The notes beneath the pieces were generated by a model. That model was given only the letters and a program-made list of their open reading frames with translations. It was not told the origin of the DNA and did no database searches. The position numbers were made by a program, and so were the translations under genes. A DNA stretch of 64,000 bases from an uncultured candidate division Zixibacteria bacterium (GTDB lineage: Bacteria; Zixibacteria; MSB-5A5; UBA10806; 4484-95), in NCBI GenBank assembly GCA_963668625.2, contig CAXXKA010000004.1:128001-192000 (forward strand), in the 5' to 3' direction. Numbering within the stretch: position 1 is the stretch's first letter; each line of letters opens with the position of its first letter. Of this stretch, positions 50,674 through 61,025 are shown piece after piece.

Positions 50674-53600
50674 ATGAGTTTTCAGGGAGTTACTCTAAAA
50701 CCCGGTATGTATTTGCCGGTACTTCTAATTATTGCATCGCTATTCCTTTCCGGTACCGCCTTAGCCGGAGAAATCAAGCCGCCGCTTGATGAGTTAATCG
50801 ATAAGGCAGAAACCGGTGAGATGATTAAAGTAATCGCCGTACTTAAGGATAAAATCGACAATCAGGAGCTTGACAACCGCCTGAAGGCCCGCAAAGCCAA
50901 CCTTCAGCAAAGACACTTCGAGGTAATCAGCAGCCTTCAGGAAAAAGCAACTATAACTCAGAGTCCGGCGCTCGATTTGTTATCCGAGCTTGAAAACAGA
51001 GGTCAAGTTAAAGATATCAAGAATTTCTGGATCACCAACGCCATCGCTTTCAGAGGCACTAAAGAGGCGATCGAGAGAGTGGCCAATCACGAGGATATTG
51101 CCCTGGTTTCTTTCGATATGCCTGTCGAGCTGATCGAACCGGTAAAAAGCAGCAACCATTCCGAACCGCTTACCGCCTCCCATTCTCAGGGCCTGGATGT
51201 AATGAATGCTCCGGCAGTCTGGGCTATGGGCTACACCGGCGCGGGGCGACTCGTCTCCAATATCGATACCGGCGTTGACGGCAGCCACCCGGCGTTGTCC
51301 CCAAGCTGGCGAGGTAATAATGGCCATCCAGCCTCAGAATGCTGGTACGATCCGGTAAACGGTACCACCACCCCCACCGATGACGGCTCGCACGGCACAC
51401 ACACTATGGGCACTATTTGCGGCAGAAGCAATACCACTTACGATACGGTCGGTGTTGCCATTGATGCCCAGTGGATATCGGTTTCCGTTATTGATGTCTC
51501 CGGTTCGACGACCTCGGATGTAATAGACTGTTTCGAATTTATCGCCGATCCGGACGGCAATCCGGCTACGATGGATGATGTCCCGGACGTTGCCAGTAAC
51601 TCCTGGGGATGGTCACCTCTGTTCCACGGTGTTCCGGCCTGCGATACGACTTTCTGGGATGTAATGGATGCTACCGAGAACGCCGGCGTGGTAGTGGTTT
51701 TCGCCGCCGGTAACGAGGGCGATTACGGCTCGAGTAGTCTTCGCACTCCCTCCGATAGAGCCACCACCGCTTATAACGCTTTTTCGGTAGGCGCAATTGA
51801 CGGCCATACCGCCGGCTATCCTATCGCATATTTCTCCTCGCTCGGCCCGAGCACCTGTGCCTCCGGCGATCTGAATATCAAGCCCGAAGTTGTCGCTCCC
51901 GGAGTTGATATTTACAGCTCTATTCCCGGCGGCGGTTATTCCGGCGACTGGAGCGGCACCTCGATGGCCTGTCCGCATATCGCGGGCGCAGTGGCTATTA
52001 TCAGGCAAGTCAATCCCGGCCTGACAGTCGATCAGGTTAAGGAAATAATTATACAATCCTGTGTTGATTTGGGCAGCCCCGGCCAGGATAATACTTTCGG
52101 CAACGGCTACCTCGATCTGCTCACCGCCGTTCAGCTTGCCGGAACCGGTTTCGGCTGGATAGAGGGATATGTTCGGGATGATGTCTATAACAATCCGCTG
52201 CCGGCAACGGTCAGTCTCGAAGGCACCAGTATCTCGACTGTCTGTAACGCTCAGGGATATTTCATGCTCGGCGCCGCCCCGGATACCACTTATACCGTAG
52301 TGGCATCCTACAGCGGTTACGGTCAGGATGACGCCCAGGTTTATGTCATTCTCGATGACACGGTTTCGCAAAATTTCTTCCTGAGCCCGCCGTTAATCGA
52401 TTATTCTCCGGTTAGTTTCAATGTCTCGGTTCCGCCGGGAGAAACGACCGATCGTGATCTGACTATCACCAATACCGGATCAGGTACTCTGAATTATAGC
52501 TTGGCCACGGAGATTTACGATTTCGTTAATCGCGAAACCGGTGAATCGGTACCAGTGGCATTATCCGCTCCGCAACCCGAGCCACTTGGCTATCGAATGT
52601 CAGATAGCGATAAACCCGGCGCAGGTATGGAGCCATATTATCCGCCGGTTGTTACCGGTCAGGGCGGCCCGGATACCTACGGCTACACCTGGATAGATTC
52701 CGATGAGGCCGGCGGCCCGCCTGCTACCTGGATTGATATATCAGGCTCGGGAAATACTGTCGATCTCGATGATGATGATACTGTTAACGTTTCAATCGGA
52801 TTCTCATTCCCTTTCTATGAAAACACTTACACCAGCTTGTATATCTGTTCCAACGGCTTTGTCATTTTCGGTACTCCGGATGTTGAGTTCGATAATGAGG
52901 CTATTCCCAATACCGGGACGCCGAATAATATGATCGCCGCCTTATGGGATGACCTGGCGCCGCATCGCGGTATCGGCTCGGTCATGCATTACTACGACAG
53001 CGCCAATAACAGGTTCATCGTCTCCTGGATAGGCATCCCGTTCTACTACTCGACCGGCGCGGTGAACGCGCAGATCGTGATTTATCCCAATGGTATTATA
53101 GAATGCAACTACCAGACTCTCGACGGCGGAACACATGGACTGGATGAAGCAACCATCGGGCTGGAGAACTCCAGCGGCACGGATGGCCTTCAGGTTTGCT
53201 TCAATCAATCGTACATTCACAGCAACATGAGCATACTGTTCAGTTCCGGCTACTGGCTCTCAGTCGACCCGGCGAGCGGTTCGGTTAACTCCGGTTATTC
53301 CGACATTGTCGATGTTATATTCGATGCAACCGAGTTGGAGGAGGGCACCTATGACGGTAATATCAACCTGTACAACAACTCCGCCAACAACGATGATATA
53401 GATATACCGGTTACTCTTCATGTGAGCGATACGCCTACCCCGCTTATCGAGCTTAGCGTCTCGGCTATTTACGATACGGTCTATGCCGGTTACTCGACCA
53501 ATTACGAACTTGTGATAACCAACAGCGGCGATACCACCCTGACATATTCGATATCGGATAATCGTGCCTGGATAGATGAGTCGCCGTCCGGTGGTGATAT

Positions 53601-54924
53601 TCCTGCTGGTGATAACGACCCTATCACGATCTCATTCGACGCCGGCTCGCTCAGCCCCGGCAATCTCACCGGTACGGTAACCGTAAACTCCAACGATCCT
53701 GAAAACGCTACGATCAATGTACCGGTTTATCTCTTCGTCGATCTTCTGGTGACAACCGATGTCGGCGTTACCGATATATTCGAACCGGCCGATTCGCTGG
53801 TTACCGAATCGGAGTTCCCGATTAAAGTCGAGGTAACGAATTTCGGCAGCGATCCGCAAACTTTCGATGTGGTATTCGAGGCATATTACCTTGATGCCCC
53901 CGCCCCGCTCTACACTACTAGCATGACAATTTCGAATATGCCGGACAGCAGTACCGGCGAATACACTTTCCCCAACGGATTTACTCCGGATATCGACACC
54001 ACCTATACCTTCATCGCTTACACCGACCTGGCAGGCGATCAGGTACCGGGCAACGATAGCTTCGAGAAATCGGCCAGGGCGTATAATTTCGTGAGTATAT
54101 GGTACGGCAATCTCGATTTGAGTCCGGTCGAGGCGCCTGTAGGTGAAATGGGTATGGTTGATGTTTACATCCGTACACCGGCAAATGCCTACGTAGCCGA
54201 TATGCATCTCTGTCTCGGTTCGGATGATTCCTACATCGTAAGTTCGGTCAGCGATTCCAACGGCGCGGTGTATTATCCCCTGACAGAATGGTCATCGGCG
54301 TTTTTCATTGGCCCTTACGGCTCGCCGCCGAATGACGAGGGTTGGAGCAGTGAATCTCTTATCGGCTTCTCGCGTCTCTCGCGTACCCTGGATGACAATC
54401 CCTGGCTGTATTCCGAGACGCCGTTAAAAATCGCTTCCTTCGCCAAGGTTTATATAAATGATGACGGCTATGTCGGCGAGGCATTCCCGGCGCTTGGCCC
54501 CGGCATCAATCCGGTTCAAGGCCCCACTAACGTTGGTGATACGCTCGGCGGATTAGGTTATTCCGCAATCGAAATGTTCAGTGAGATAGTGTTTACCGAG
54601 CCGGCCTCGGGGTGCGATTACATGCCCGGTGATGTTAACGGCGATAAAACGATTATCGGTAGTGATGTTACCTACGCGGTCAACTATTTCAGGTCGATAG
54701 GCGATCCCCCGCCTGATAGCTGCTGGAACGAAAGCACTGACGATTGGCTGTATTCGGCGGCCGATTGTAACGGCGACTGTCTGTTCATCGGCGCGGATGT
54801 TACCTACCTGGTGAACTATTTCCGTGGTTTCAATCAGATGCTATACTGCCCTGACACTCCGCCATTGGACCCGGGCCTGGTAGCAGGCAGCCAGCCGGGA
54901 AAATATCCCGCGAACCGGAAATAG
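50674..54924 (+). CDS. Secreted S8 subtilisin-like protease (bacillopeptidase F-like) with Ig-like/nidogen-like modules and dockerin-like tail
   Basis: Triad IDTGVD, HGTHTMG, GTSMACPH; FAAGN; PGDVNGD..GSDVTYAVNYFR; start MSFQ after AAAGGA. Confidence 0.93.
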   Translation: MSFQGVTLKPGMYLPVLLIIASLFLSGTALAGEIKPPLDELIDKAETGEMIKVIAVLKDKIDNQELDNRLKARKANLQQRHFEVISSLQEKATITQSPALDLLSELENRGQVKDIKNFWITNAIAFRGTKEAIERVANHEDIALVSFDMPVELIEPVKSSNHSEPLTASHSQGLDVMNAPAVWAMGYTGAGRLVSNIDTGVDGSHPALSPSWRGNNGHPASECWYDPVNGTTTPTDDGSHGTHTMGTICGRSNTTYDTVGVAIDAQWISVSVIDVSGSTTSDVIDCFEFIADPDGNPATMDDVPDVASNSWGWSPLFHGVPACDTTFWDVMDATENAGVVVVFAAGNEGDYGSSSLRTPSDRATTAYNAFSVGAIDGHTAGYPIAYFSSLGPSTCASGDLNIKPEVVAPGVDIYSSIPGGGYSGDWSGTSMACPHIAGAVAIIRQVNPGLTVDQVKEIIIQSCVDLGSPGQDNTFGNGYLDLLTAVQLAGTGFGWIEGYVRDDVYNNPLPATVSLEGTSISTVCNAQGYFMLGAAPDTTYTVVASYSGYGQDDAQVYVILDDTVSQNFFLSPPLIDYSPVSFNVSVPPGETTDRDLTITNTGSGTLNYSLATEIYDFVNRETGESVPVALSAPQPEPLGYRMSDSDKPGAGMEPYYPPVVTGQGGPDTYGYTWIDSDEAGGPPATWIDISGSGNTVDLDDDDTVNVSIGFSFPFYENTYTSLYICSNGFVIFGTPDVEFDNEAIPNTGTPNNMIAALWDDLAPHRGIGSVMHYYDSANNRFIVSWIGIPFYYSTGAVNAQIVIYPNGIIECNYQTLDGGTHGLDEATIGLENSSGTDGLQVCFNQSYIHSNMSILFSSGYWLSVDPASGSVNSGYSDIVDVIFDATELEEGTYDGNINLYNNSANNDDIDIPVTLHVSDTPTPLIELSVSAIYDTVYAGYSTNYELVITNSGDTTLTYSISDNRAWIDESPSGGDIPAGDNDPITISFDAGSLSPGNLTGTVTVNSNDPENATINVPVYLFVDLLVTTDVGVTDIFEPADSLVTESEFPIKVEVTNFGSDPQTFDVVFEAYYLDAPAPLYTTSMTISNMPDSSTGEYTFPNGFTPDIDTTYTFIAYTDLAGDQVPGNDSFEKSARAYNFVSIWYGNLDLSPVEAPVGEMGMVDVYIRTPANAYVADMHLCLGSDDSYIVSSVSDSNGAVYYPLTEWSSAFFIGPYGSPPNDEGWSSESLIGFSRLSRTLDDNPWLYSETPLKIASFAKVYINDDGYVGEAFPALGPGINPVQGPTNVGDTLGGLGYSAIEMFSEIVFTEPASGCDYMPGDVNGDKTIIGSDVTYAVNYFRSIGDPPPDSCWNESTDDWLYSAADCNGDCLFIGADVTYLVNYFRGFNQMLYCPDTPPLDPGLVAGSQPGKYPANRK

Positions 54925-54948
54925 TATCGAATAGATAATTAGTCTCAG

Positions 54949-54974
54949 GGGCGTTCGTTTGAACGCCCTTTTTT
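54949..54974 (+). terminator. Intrinsic terminator
   Basis: GGGCGTTC-GTTT-GAACGCCC-TTTTTT. Confidence 0.8.
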
Positions 54975-55283
54975 ATTGATATTAAAAACCACGGGTTACA
55001 ACGATGTGTCCGTTTAAAGAGAAGCGTTTATATTTAATTTCTTGTTTCCGAACTCCGGTTTGGAAACAGATGTATTCGAGAAACTTGGTTTCTATTTTGA
55101 TTTGCCTATCGATTGAATGTCAAAACGAGGTTTTTGGAATACGGTAGGCCGTGTGTGATCCGACACGAATGAACAGGCCGGTCACGATTCAACACGACCG
55201 GCCCTAATGAAATTAGCTATCCGTTATTAATATCGATTGTTCAATCGAAGGATAGTTATGTAATAATCCTCGATTCGAGTTTA

Positions 55284-55670
55284 TTAGCTGGTGCCTCTCA
55301 GTTTTGCCTCTGTCTTCGATATTAACCGATCGACCTTGCGGTTAACGCAGGCACGCGCCACTCGCTCGGCGGTATCTTCTCCCACACCGGTTACCTCAAT
55401 TATTTTATCGATCGCTTTATCGAGCCAGACCGACCAATGAGCATCGGGATAACGACCGGCGAAATAGTCAGTGACATCATCGGCAATAACCAGCAGGTGA
55501 TGCGCCGTGCTGCGCGCCAGCTCGGTTTTCAAAAGCGGCAGCAGGTATTTTTTAGCAATGAATCCGAGGGCGATTATAAGAAGCGAAATAACCGCCTCGA
55601 GACCTTTATCGCCGATAAATCCGAATATGCTGCCGAACAAACCGGCTTTGATTACGATTAACTCCTGCAT
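55284..55670 (-). CDS. Small membrane protein, holin-like (LL-H type architecture)
   Basis: One TM helix followed by a helical domain; last gene of the operon. Confidence 0.45.
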   Translation of the reverse strand: MQELIVIKAGLFGSIFGFIGDKGLEAVISLLIIALGFIAKKYLLPLLKTELARSTAHHLLVIADDVTDYFAGRYPDAHWSVWLDKAIDKIIEVTGVGEDTAERVARACVNRKVDRLISKTEAKLRGTS

Positions 55671-55707
55671 TTATCCTCCTGTGATATTTATCATTATGAA
55701 ATTGAAT

Positions 55708-57096
55708 TTATTGAAGCTCCCAGCCGGGGTATTGAGGCACGCTTCTATTTATCCGATAGATCACACCCTCATCATTTTTGACAGTGAACAGGTATTTCAA
55801 ATCGGGATCGGATAGAAGCGGGCTGGAAATGATATCCATACACCAGTAACCCGAGCTATCGGTGTGGGCAGATTTGGTAAACGGGGTGATAACGGCATTA
55901 CCGAAACGAACGGGATGATACTCCCTGGGAATCTCGGCGGTGATCGTGATACCCGACAAGCTATCGCCCGAGATATCATACACCCAACCATAAACGCGGC
56001 ACAGTCCCGGCAGCGGCGGCTCGCCCGGATCGAATCGTCCCATGTACAGGCTGTCGGTTCCGCCGCCCTCCTCGACAACCAGCGTATCGAGTATCTGGTT
56101 GTGACCGTTGGCGGTCAGCTCGATCCAGTAGCTATCGGGATCTAGCGCTAAATATATCACGCCATCATTGTCGGCAACGATGCCGGAGGCTTTCAATGTC
56201 GTTTGATCCAGCGATCTCACACTCAATCGCGCACCCTGCAAACGCGATAAATCGGTTGCCGAAAATACGATCAATGTCTCCGGTTCGGTTCCGCCACCGG
56301 GAATGGCTACCGATACTAAATCATCCCTGATATTATTACCCGGGCCGGCCATACCGGAATAGTAACCGAGTTTATCGTGAATCGAGGTGTAGCCATCCAG
56401 AGTATGACCATGTTTGCCGACATAAATGCGCACGGTATCGAGCTGGTCTTTTATATTGCCGGTACCGGCGCAGCCATCATAGCCAAGCCCCAGCTTCATG
56501 TTCAGAGTCGGGATCGGCATTGAGCGGAAGGGGCTGCCCACCCAGGCGTATATCGAATCCGCCCTCATGGCGACCTCGAGCAATGAATCGGGGATAGAGC
56601 CGGCGGCTATGGCATAATGAGCGAACGATCCGGCCCCGGTATCGACAACAGCCGAATCAGCCATCAACGCGGACAGTATGGCATTGTAAATATCGAGTGA
56701 ATCGAGTTGTTGATCCAATGGGTTCTGCCCTACATAGTAGTTATGATTGGCCATCGAGTAATAATTGCCGTTGCCCGAACCGCAGGCATGTACGATATAC
56801 TGCCCGATATTTTCGCCGGCGCGATATCTTTTCATGTATAAACCGCCACTGTACCCAAACATGCCGGGTGAACTAATTGTATCGGCGGTGATCGTATCGC
56901 CGCCGGGAGAGTACCGATATATGAATAGAGTATCCGGCTGCTCGAATTTCAACGCCAGCGAATCCCACATACTGATATACACCCACACCGAATCATCAGC
57001 AGAGTCGTCGCCGTTATCGTAGTATCCTAAAAAATCCGCCATCGTAAATGCGGCGCCCAATAAGCAAATCAACAATATCGCAAACAGTTTTCTCAT
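55708..57096 (-). CDS. Secreted hypothetical protein with C-terminal carboxypeptidase-regulatory-like beta-sandwiches
   Basis: Signal peptide MRKLFAILLICLLGAAFTMA; VYGWVYD..G..L.G..I and TDSSGYW motifs. Confidence 0.6.
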   Translation of the reverse strand: MRKLFAILLICLLGAAFTMADFLGYYDNGDDSADDSVWVYISMWDSLALKFEQPDTLFIYRYSPGGDTITADTISSPGMFGYSGGLYMKRYRAGENIGQYIVHACGSGNGNYYSMANHNYYVGQNPLDQQLDSLDIYNAILSALMADSAVVDTGAGSFAHYAIAAGSIPDSLLEVAMRADSIYAWVGSPFRSMPIPTLNMKLGLGYDGCAGTGNIKDQLDTVRIYVGKHGHTLDGYTSIHDKLGYYSGMAGPGNNIRDDLVSVAIPGGGTEPETLIVFSATDLSRLQGARLSVRSLDQTTLKASGIVADNDGVIYLALDPDSYWIELTANGHNQILDTLVVEEGGGTDSLYMGRFDPGEPPLPGLCRVYGWVYDISGDSLSGITITAEIPREYHPVRFGNAVITPFTKSAHTDSSGYWCMDIISSPLLSDPDLKYLFTVKNDEGVIYRINRSVPQYPGWELQ

Positions 57097-58343
57097 TAAA
57101 AACCTTTCCTAATCTTTCGGGATCTTATGTAGCTATCAACCTGACCCGAGCCTTCCTCGTATTGAACATACACGCTGTAACGATAGCCATTGGCGGAATA
57201 ACCGGACAGGCTATCGTTTGTCCCCCAATCAGTATAGTCATAGCGTTGCTCGAATCCCCACTGACCGGTATAGTCGGCGCACACACGAAGACAGTAATTG
57301 CAATCCTCGCGCCCCTGCCATGAAACAATGTAGTCATCATCCCCGGTGAGCATGCCCGATATCGTACCGCTTATCCATTGACCATCCTCCGGCCCGGTAC
57401 CGAAATTGGTTATAGCGATCTTGTCCCCCGTAGCGATCTTATCACATCCGCCAGGCGTGGAATCGTAGCTGTAGACTATTACAGTGGCGGTACAGGCCGC
57501 GACTGGAGTCGTGCGGTAGGCGCAGATATGAGCCGAAAGTAGTTCACCGGCCGCCTCGTACGGGTCATCATAGTTAACGCGATGGCTGAAATTGACCGTT
57601 TCCAAATGCGCGCCGATTACGCCTTTATCGGTGTAACCGAATGCCGGATCGACTACGATCGGATAGACGGCGTTTTCGATGAAAGTTTCAGGGATTATCA
57701 AGGTCAGCAAGCTCAAAGTCGTGTCGATATCAATCTCGCATCTGACCGTATCATCGCTGCTATCCCAGGCGCTCGGGCAATAAATATGGAATGCTTTCCC
57801 CCGGACGCCGTCACCTGACATATGATAAACGGCATATGAGCCGGGAATATCATCATTAAACTGCCAATCGAGGCGATGGGCCTCGAACGTATCCGGCTGC
57901 TGGTAGTAGAAAATCAGATACTCCGTGTCTATCGTATATATCAATCGGTTCGATTCGGGTTGGCCGTTTAATACTATCTCCCATTCCAGCATCTCTGATG
58001 ATTTCATGTAGATATCATGCCTGTCGGCGTTTTCGTATAGGCAGGCTCTCGAATCGGCCAGATTCAGCGAGTCGGTATCGGGTAAGATTACTTTCAGATA
58101 GCCGGAGTCGAGACGGTCGGATATCGTGAATCCGTAAAAATTATCGGTGCTATCGGCTTTGCCAATCATTACCCTGCGTATATCCTGCTCATCGCTGAAT
58201 CTAATCATACTTGAACCGGCTGCCGTATCAATTACAATCTCATAAGATGAATACGAATCATCACACTCCCCACCGCTGCAAGAATAAAGCATGAGCTCGG
58301 CCAGCAGCAAAACAAGAGCAGGTATATTCGGTCTTTTAATCAT
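57096..58343 (-). CDS. Putative lipoprotein/exported beta-rich protein
   Basis: Start MIKRP; hydrophobic stretch ending LYSC; AVYPIVVDP motif. Confidence 0.55.
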   Translation of the reverse strand: MIKRPNIPALVLLLAELMLYSCSGGECDDSYSSYEIVIDTAAGSSMIRFSDEQDIRRVMIGKADSTDNFYGFTISDRLDSGYLKVILPDTDSLNLADSRACLYENADRHDIYMKSSEMLEWEIVLNGQPESNRLIYTIDTEYLIFYYQQPDTFEAHRLDWQFNDDIPGSYAVYHMSGDGVRGKAFHIYCPSAWDSSDDTVRCEIDIDTTLSLLTLIIPETFIENAVYPIVVDPAFGYTDKGVIGAHLETVNFSHRVNYDDPYEAAGELLSAHICAYRTTPVAACTATVIVYSYDSTPGGCDKIATGDKIAITNFGTGPEDGQWISGTISGMLTGDDDYIVSWQGREDCNYCLRVCADYTGQWGFEQRYDYTDWGTNDSLSGYSANGYRYSVYVQYEEGSGQVDSYIRSRKIRKGF

Positions 58344-58359
58344 TTTGAAATCCTCACCT

Positions 58360-59172
58360 TCAGGCCTTTCCCGGAGACTTAAAAGTACCGAACGAGCCGA
58401 TGAATTTTTCCAGAAGATTATAAGCATCCCGCTTGTATTGATCTGATAAAGCCGACCAAGTGGCGCTGATATTGTTGTTCGATCCCGAGGACACCGCCCA
58501 CATTGCCTTTATCCTGCAAATAACCGAAATCGATAAGTAAGTCTCGGCGACGACCAGTGATCTGTCGGTGGAAGACGAGTATACCGAATCGATGAAATTC
58601 AACACTTGCTCGTTAGCCTCGCTGATAGCGTTGGCGATTGTCTCATCGGTGATAAAAACATGCTCGGTGGTGTAGTCGACATACAGCCATTGGCCGATCT
58701 CGATATCGCCCGGGGCCAGGCGTTTGATAGCCCCCGTTTGATAGTCGATCGAGTAATCGACACCTCGGGTGTATACCCGGAAAGGCATATACCAGATCGA
58801 TATGTTTTCCCAATGGGGTATATCGCCGTCAGGGATGAGCGATATCACGCCGGTATTGTATTCGATCGTATAATCGATATTTTCCCTGTAAATATGTCCC
58901 AGCGAGCTATCGGAGGCGACCACTACCGAATCACGGATGAGGTTGTTCTTTACGAGAGCCACCTGGTTTTGCTCCTCGAAAATGATATCCTGATAATCGG
59001 GTTTGATCTGCTCTTTGGCTTTCACTTTCTCGGAGTTTTCGGTAACCGGCGGATAGCGAACCAACCCGGCGGAGTTATCATCGATTTTGACAGGCTCGGA
59101 ATCGATCTCGCTTATGGAGATATGATTTTCGAGTATATGTTTTCTCACGGTATCAATAGTCGTAAAACTCAT
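58360..59172 (-). CDS. Virion-type protein, probable head-tail connector-like with inserted beta domains
   Basis: N-terminal FTTIDTVRK and C-terminal ITDETIANAISEANEQV helices; two Y.E..DY.I.Y..G.I repeats. Confidence 0.45.
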   Translation of the reverse strand: MSFTTIDTVRKHILENHISISEIDSEPVKIDDNSAGLVRYPPVTENSEKVKAKEQIKPDYQDIIFEEQNQVALVKNNLIRDSVVVASDSSLGHIYRENIDYTIEYNTGVISLIPDGDIPHWENISIWYMPFRVYTRGVDYSIDYQTGAIKRLAPGDIEIGQWLYVDYTTEHVFITDETIANAISEANEQVLNFIDSVYSSSTDRSLVVAETYLSISVICRIKAMWAVSSGSNNNISATWSALSDQYKRDAYNLLEKFIGSFGTFKSPGKA

Positions 59173-59552
59173 GGCAGATCAACCTCCATAATTAACAGAT
59201 CAACCAGGCCGTCCTGGCTCGTGTCATGGTCGGGAATTTCGCGGGCAACCGAGAACCCGTTCGATGAGGGTTGCCCTACCAAATAGCAATGAGAGGAGTT
59301 ACGAGGTATCAGCATCACAACCGGATTGTTGATTTCTCCGGGCAACCGGTTCCCCCTCGAGTCAACCAGTTCATCGTAGCTGATAACCTGGCTTTTACCG
59401 CCGATAGACTCATCGGAGTACATGACTCGTTTCGTGCCGGCATGTTCGGTCATCAGCATACGGACGGATACGGCCTCGCTGTTGCCCCAGACGAGCAGGT
59501 TTCGCACCAGCCATTTTCGATTGCTTTTCAAATAGTCGAGTGTCAGGTTCAT
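59169..59552 (-). CDS. Hypothetical protein in head operon
   Basis: ATGA overlaps at both ends. Confidence 0.65.
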   Translation of the reverse strand: MNLTLDYLKSNRKWLVRNLLVWGNSEAVSVRMLMTEHAGTKRVMYSDESIGGKSQVISYDELVDSRGNRLPGEINNPVVMLIPRNSSHCYLVGQPSSNGFSVAREIPDHDTSQDGLVDLLIMEVDLP

Positions 59553-60976
59553 ACGCTCCCCCTTGCCAGGCTGAGATCATCGCATTTCGGCACGGCCGTA
59601 ATCTGCGTTCCGATCGGTGGTACGGTAAGTTCGACTGCCACCCGGGCACGAACCCAGTATTTAAACACTCCGTTGACCGTGCAGCCCTGCCAGTTGTCCG
59701 GAATGTTGGCGGTATCGTTCCAGAGATAGATTACCGTCTCGGCCTCATCCAAATCCGAATCGCCGGAGTAAGGCGAAAACGAGGCCCAGTGGCTGCCATT
59801 ATGATATTCCCATACTATAGAGCCGCCGGTCGCCGTAATCGCGAGTATGACAGACAGGCAGTAGAATTTGCTTTCGCTGCCGAAATATGCGATATCACCA
59901 GCAGCGCTAAGCAAAGCATTAGAGGCGGGATGATATATATCGGCTATGGTTTCGGAGGCTGCGTTTTCCGTAACATCCTCGTATAGCGAACTCGAGCTTT
60001 CGAACAGTTGGACACTATCCATCACCCCGATTTGCTTTACCAGGTCGAAAGAGTCGAATCCGGTAGCGTTCTTGATCGCGTATTTCGGCAAGTGACGGTT
60101 GTTACCGATGGCCGCCGCGAAAAAGATATACGGTTTCACCGATTGATATTGAACCTGCGGTGAAATCGCCCGACCTGAATACACCTCGTATAAACCGCCC
60201 AGCGAAACACCATCGAATTCGCGGAAGTAAACGCAGTTTTCCTCCGATGGCGCGAATGCTATACCAAGCTTCATATCGCCCGATAAAGCACCGTCGAAAT
60301 CCGAATCGATATACTCACCCGAGTATACCAGCAGCGAGGGTTCCCAGGCCGAGACATGTTTGCGAACGTACAGGCTAGATCTGTTTTCGGTGTATAGCGC
60401 CAACACGTAATTCGAGACACAACAGATCGAGACATATGGCATCTCGTCCGAACCGCTAGAAAGCTGTGCGCCCGTATCGGTCGGGCCGCCTCCCCAGGTT
60501 ATACCGCTATCCAGTGATGATTTCGCCTTGATTTCGTACTCCTCCTTGACCGAGTCATAGTAGGCGTACGCGCACCACAGGTCGCCCTCGATATTGCGAG
60601 CGATAACCGGGTAATAGGCCGCGCCTTCCTCGAGTACGGTACTGGGCGCGCCGCTTGTCCACATACCGCTTACGAAAGGCAGTCTGAAAAATATCAGATT
60701 GAGCGTGGTCTGTTGGACATAGATCACGTAAATATTTCCCTGGCTATCGATGCATGCCGAGGGTGGATAATCGGCGGAGTCTGTCACATGATTGTACGGA
60801 CTCGACCAGATCGTATAGGGCGGATCGGCCCAGGTGGTGGCGATAGTATTCGGTGATTCGTTATAAAGGCAAAACATCCTGCCGGCATAAGGCCCGGTAT
60901 CTATTTTCAGAAGTTTACGTTGCGGCGGTACACCCGAGGCGATGGCGGCGCTCGAGAAATCCAATAATTTATGCAT
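59549..60976 (-). CDS. Beta-propeller (BNR/Asp-box) plus beta-sandwich protein
   Basis: SLDSGITW Asp-box, DSQGNIYVIY blades, WEYHNGSHW...TVNG..KYWVR. Confidence 0.55.
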   Translation of the reverse strand: MHKLLDFSSAAIASGVPPQRKLLKIDTGPYAGRMFCLYNESPNTIATTWADPPYTIWSSPYNHVTDSADYPPSACIDSQGNIYVIYVQQTTLNLIFFRLPFVSGMWTSGAPSTVLEEGAAYYPVIARNIEGDLWCAYAYYDSVKEEYEIKAKSSLDSGITWGGGPTDTGAQLSSGSDEMPYVSICCVSNYVLALYTENRSSLYVRKHVSAWEPSLLVYSGEYIDSDFDGALSGDMKLGIAFAPSEENCVYFREFDGVSLGGLYEVYSGRAISPQVQYQSVKPYIFFAAAIGNNRHLPKYAIKNATGFDSFDLVKQIGVMDSVQLFESSSSLYEDVTENAASETIADIYHPASNALLSAAGDIAYFGSESKFYCLSVILAITATGGSIVWEYHNGSHWASFSPYSGDSDLDEAETVIYLWNDTANIPDNWQGCTVNGVFKYWVRARVAVELTVPPIGTQITAVPKCDDLSLARGSV

Positions 60977-60986
60977 AAAACGAAAA

Positions 60987-61010
60987 GGGAGCGATTAACC
61001 AACCGCTCCC
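60987..61010 (-). terminator. Hairpin/attenuating terminator after the capsid gene
   Basis: GGGAGCGGTT-GGTT-AATCGCTCCC-TTTTCGTTTT. Confidence 0.65.
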
Positions 61011-61025
61011 CTGCCTCCTTAAATT

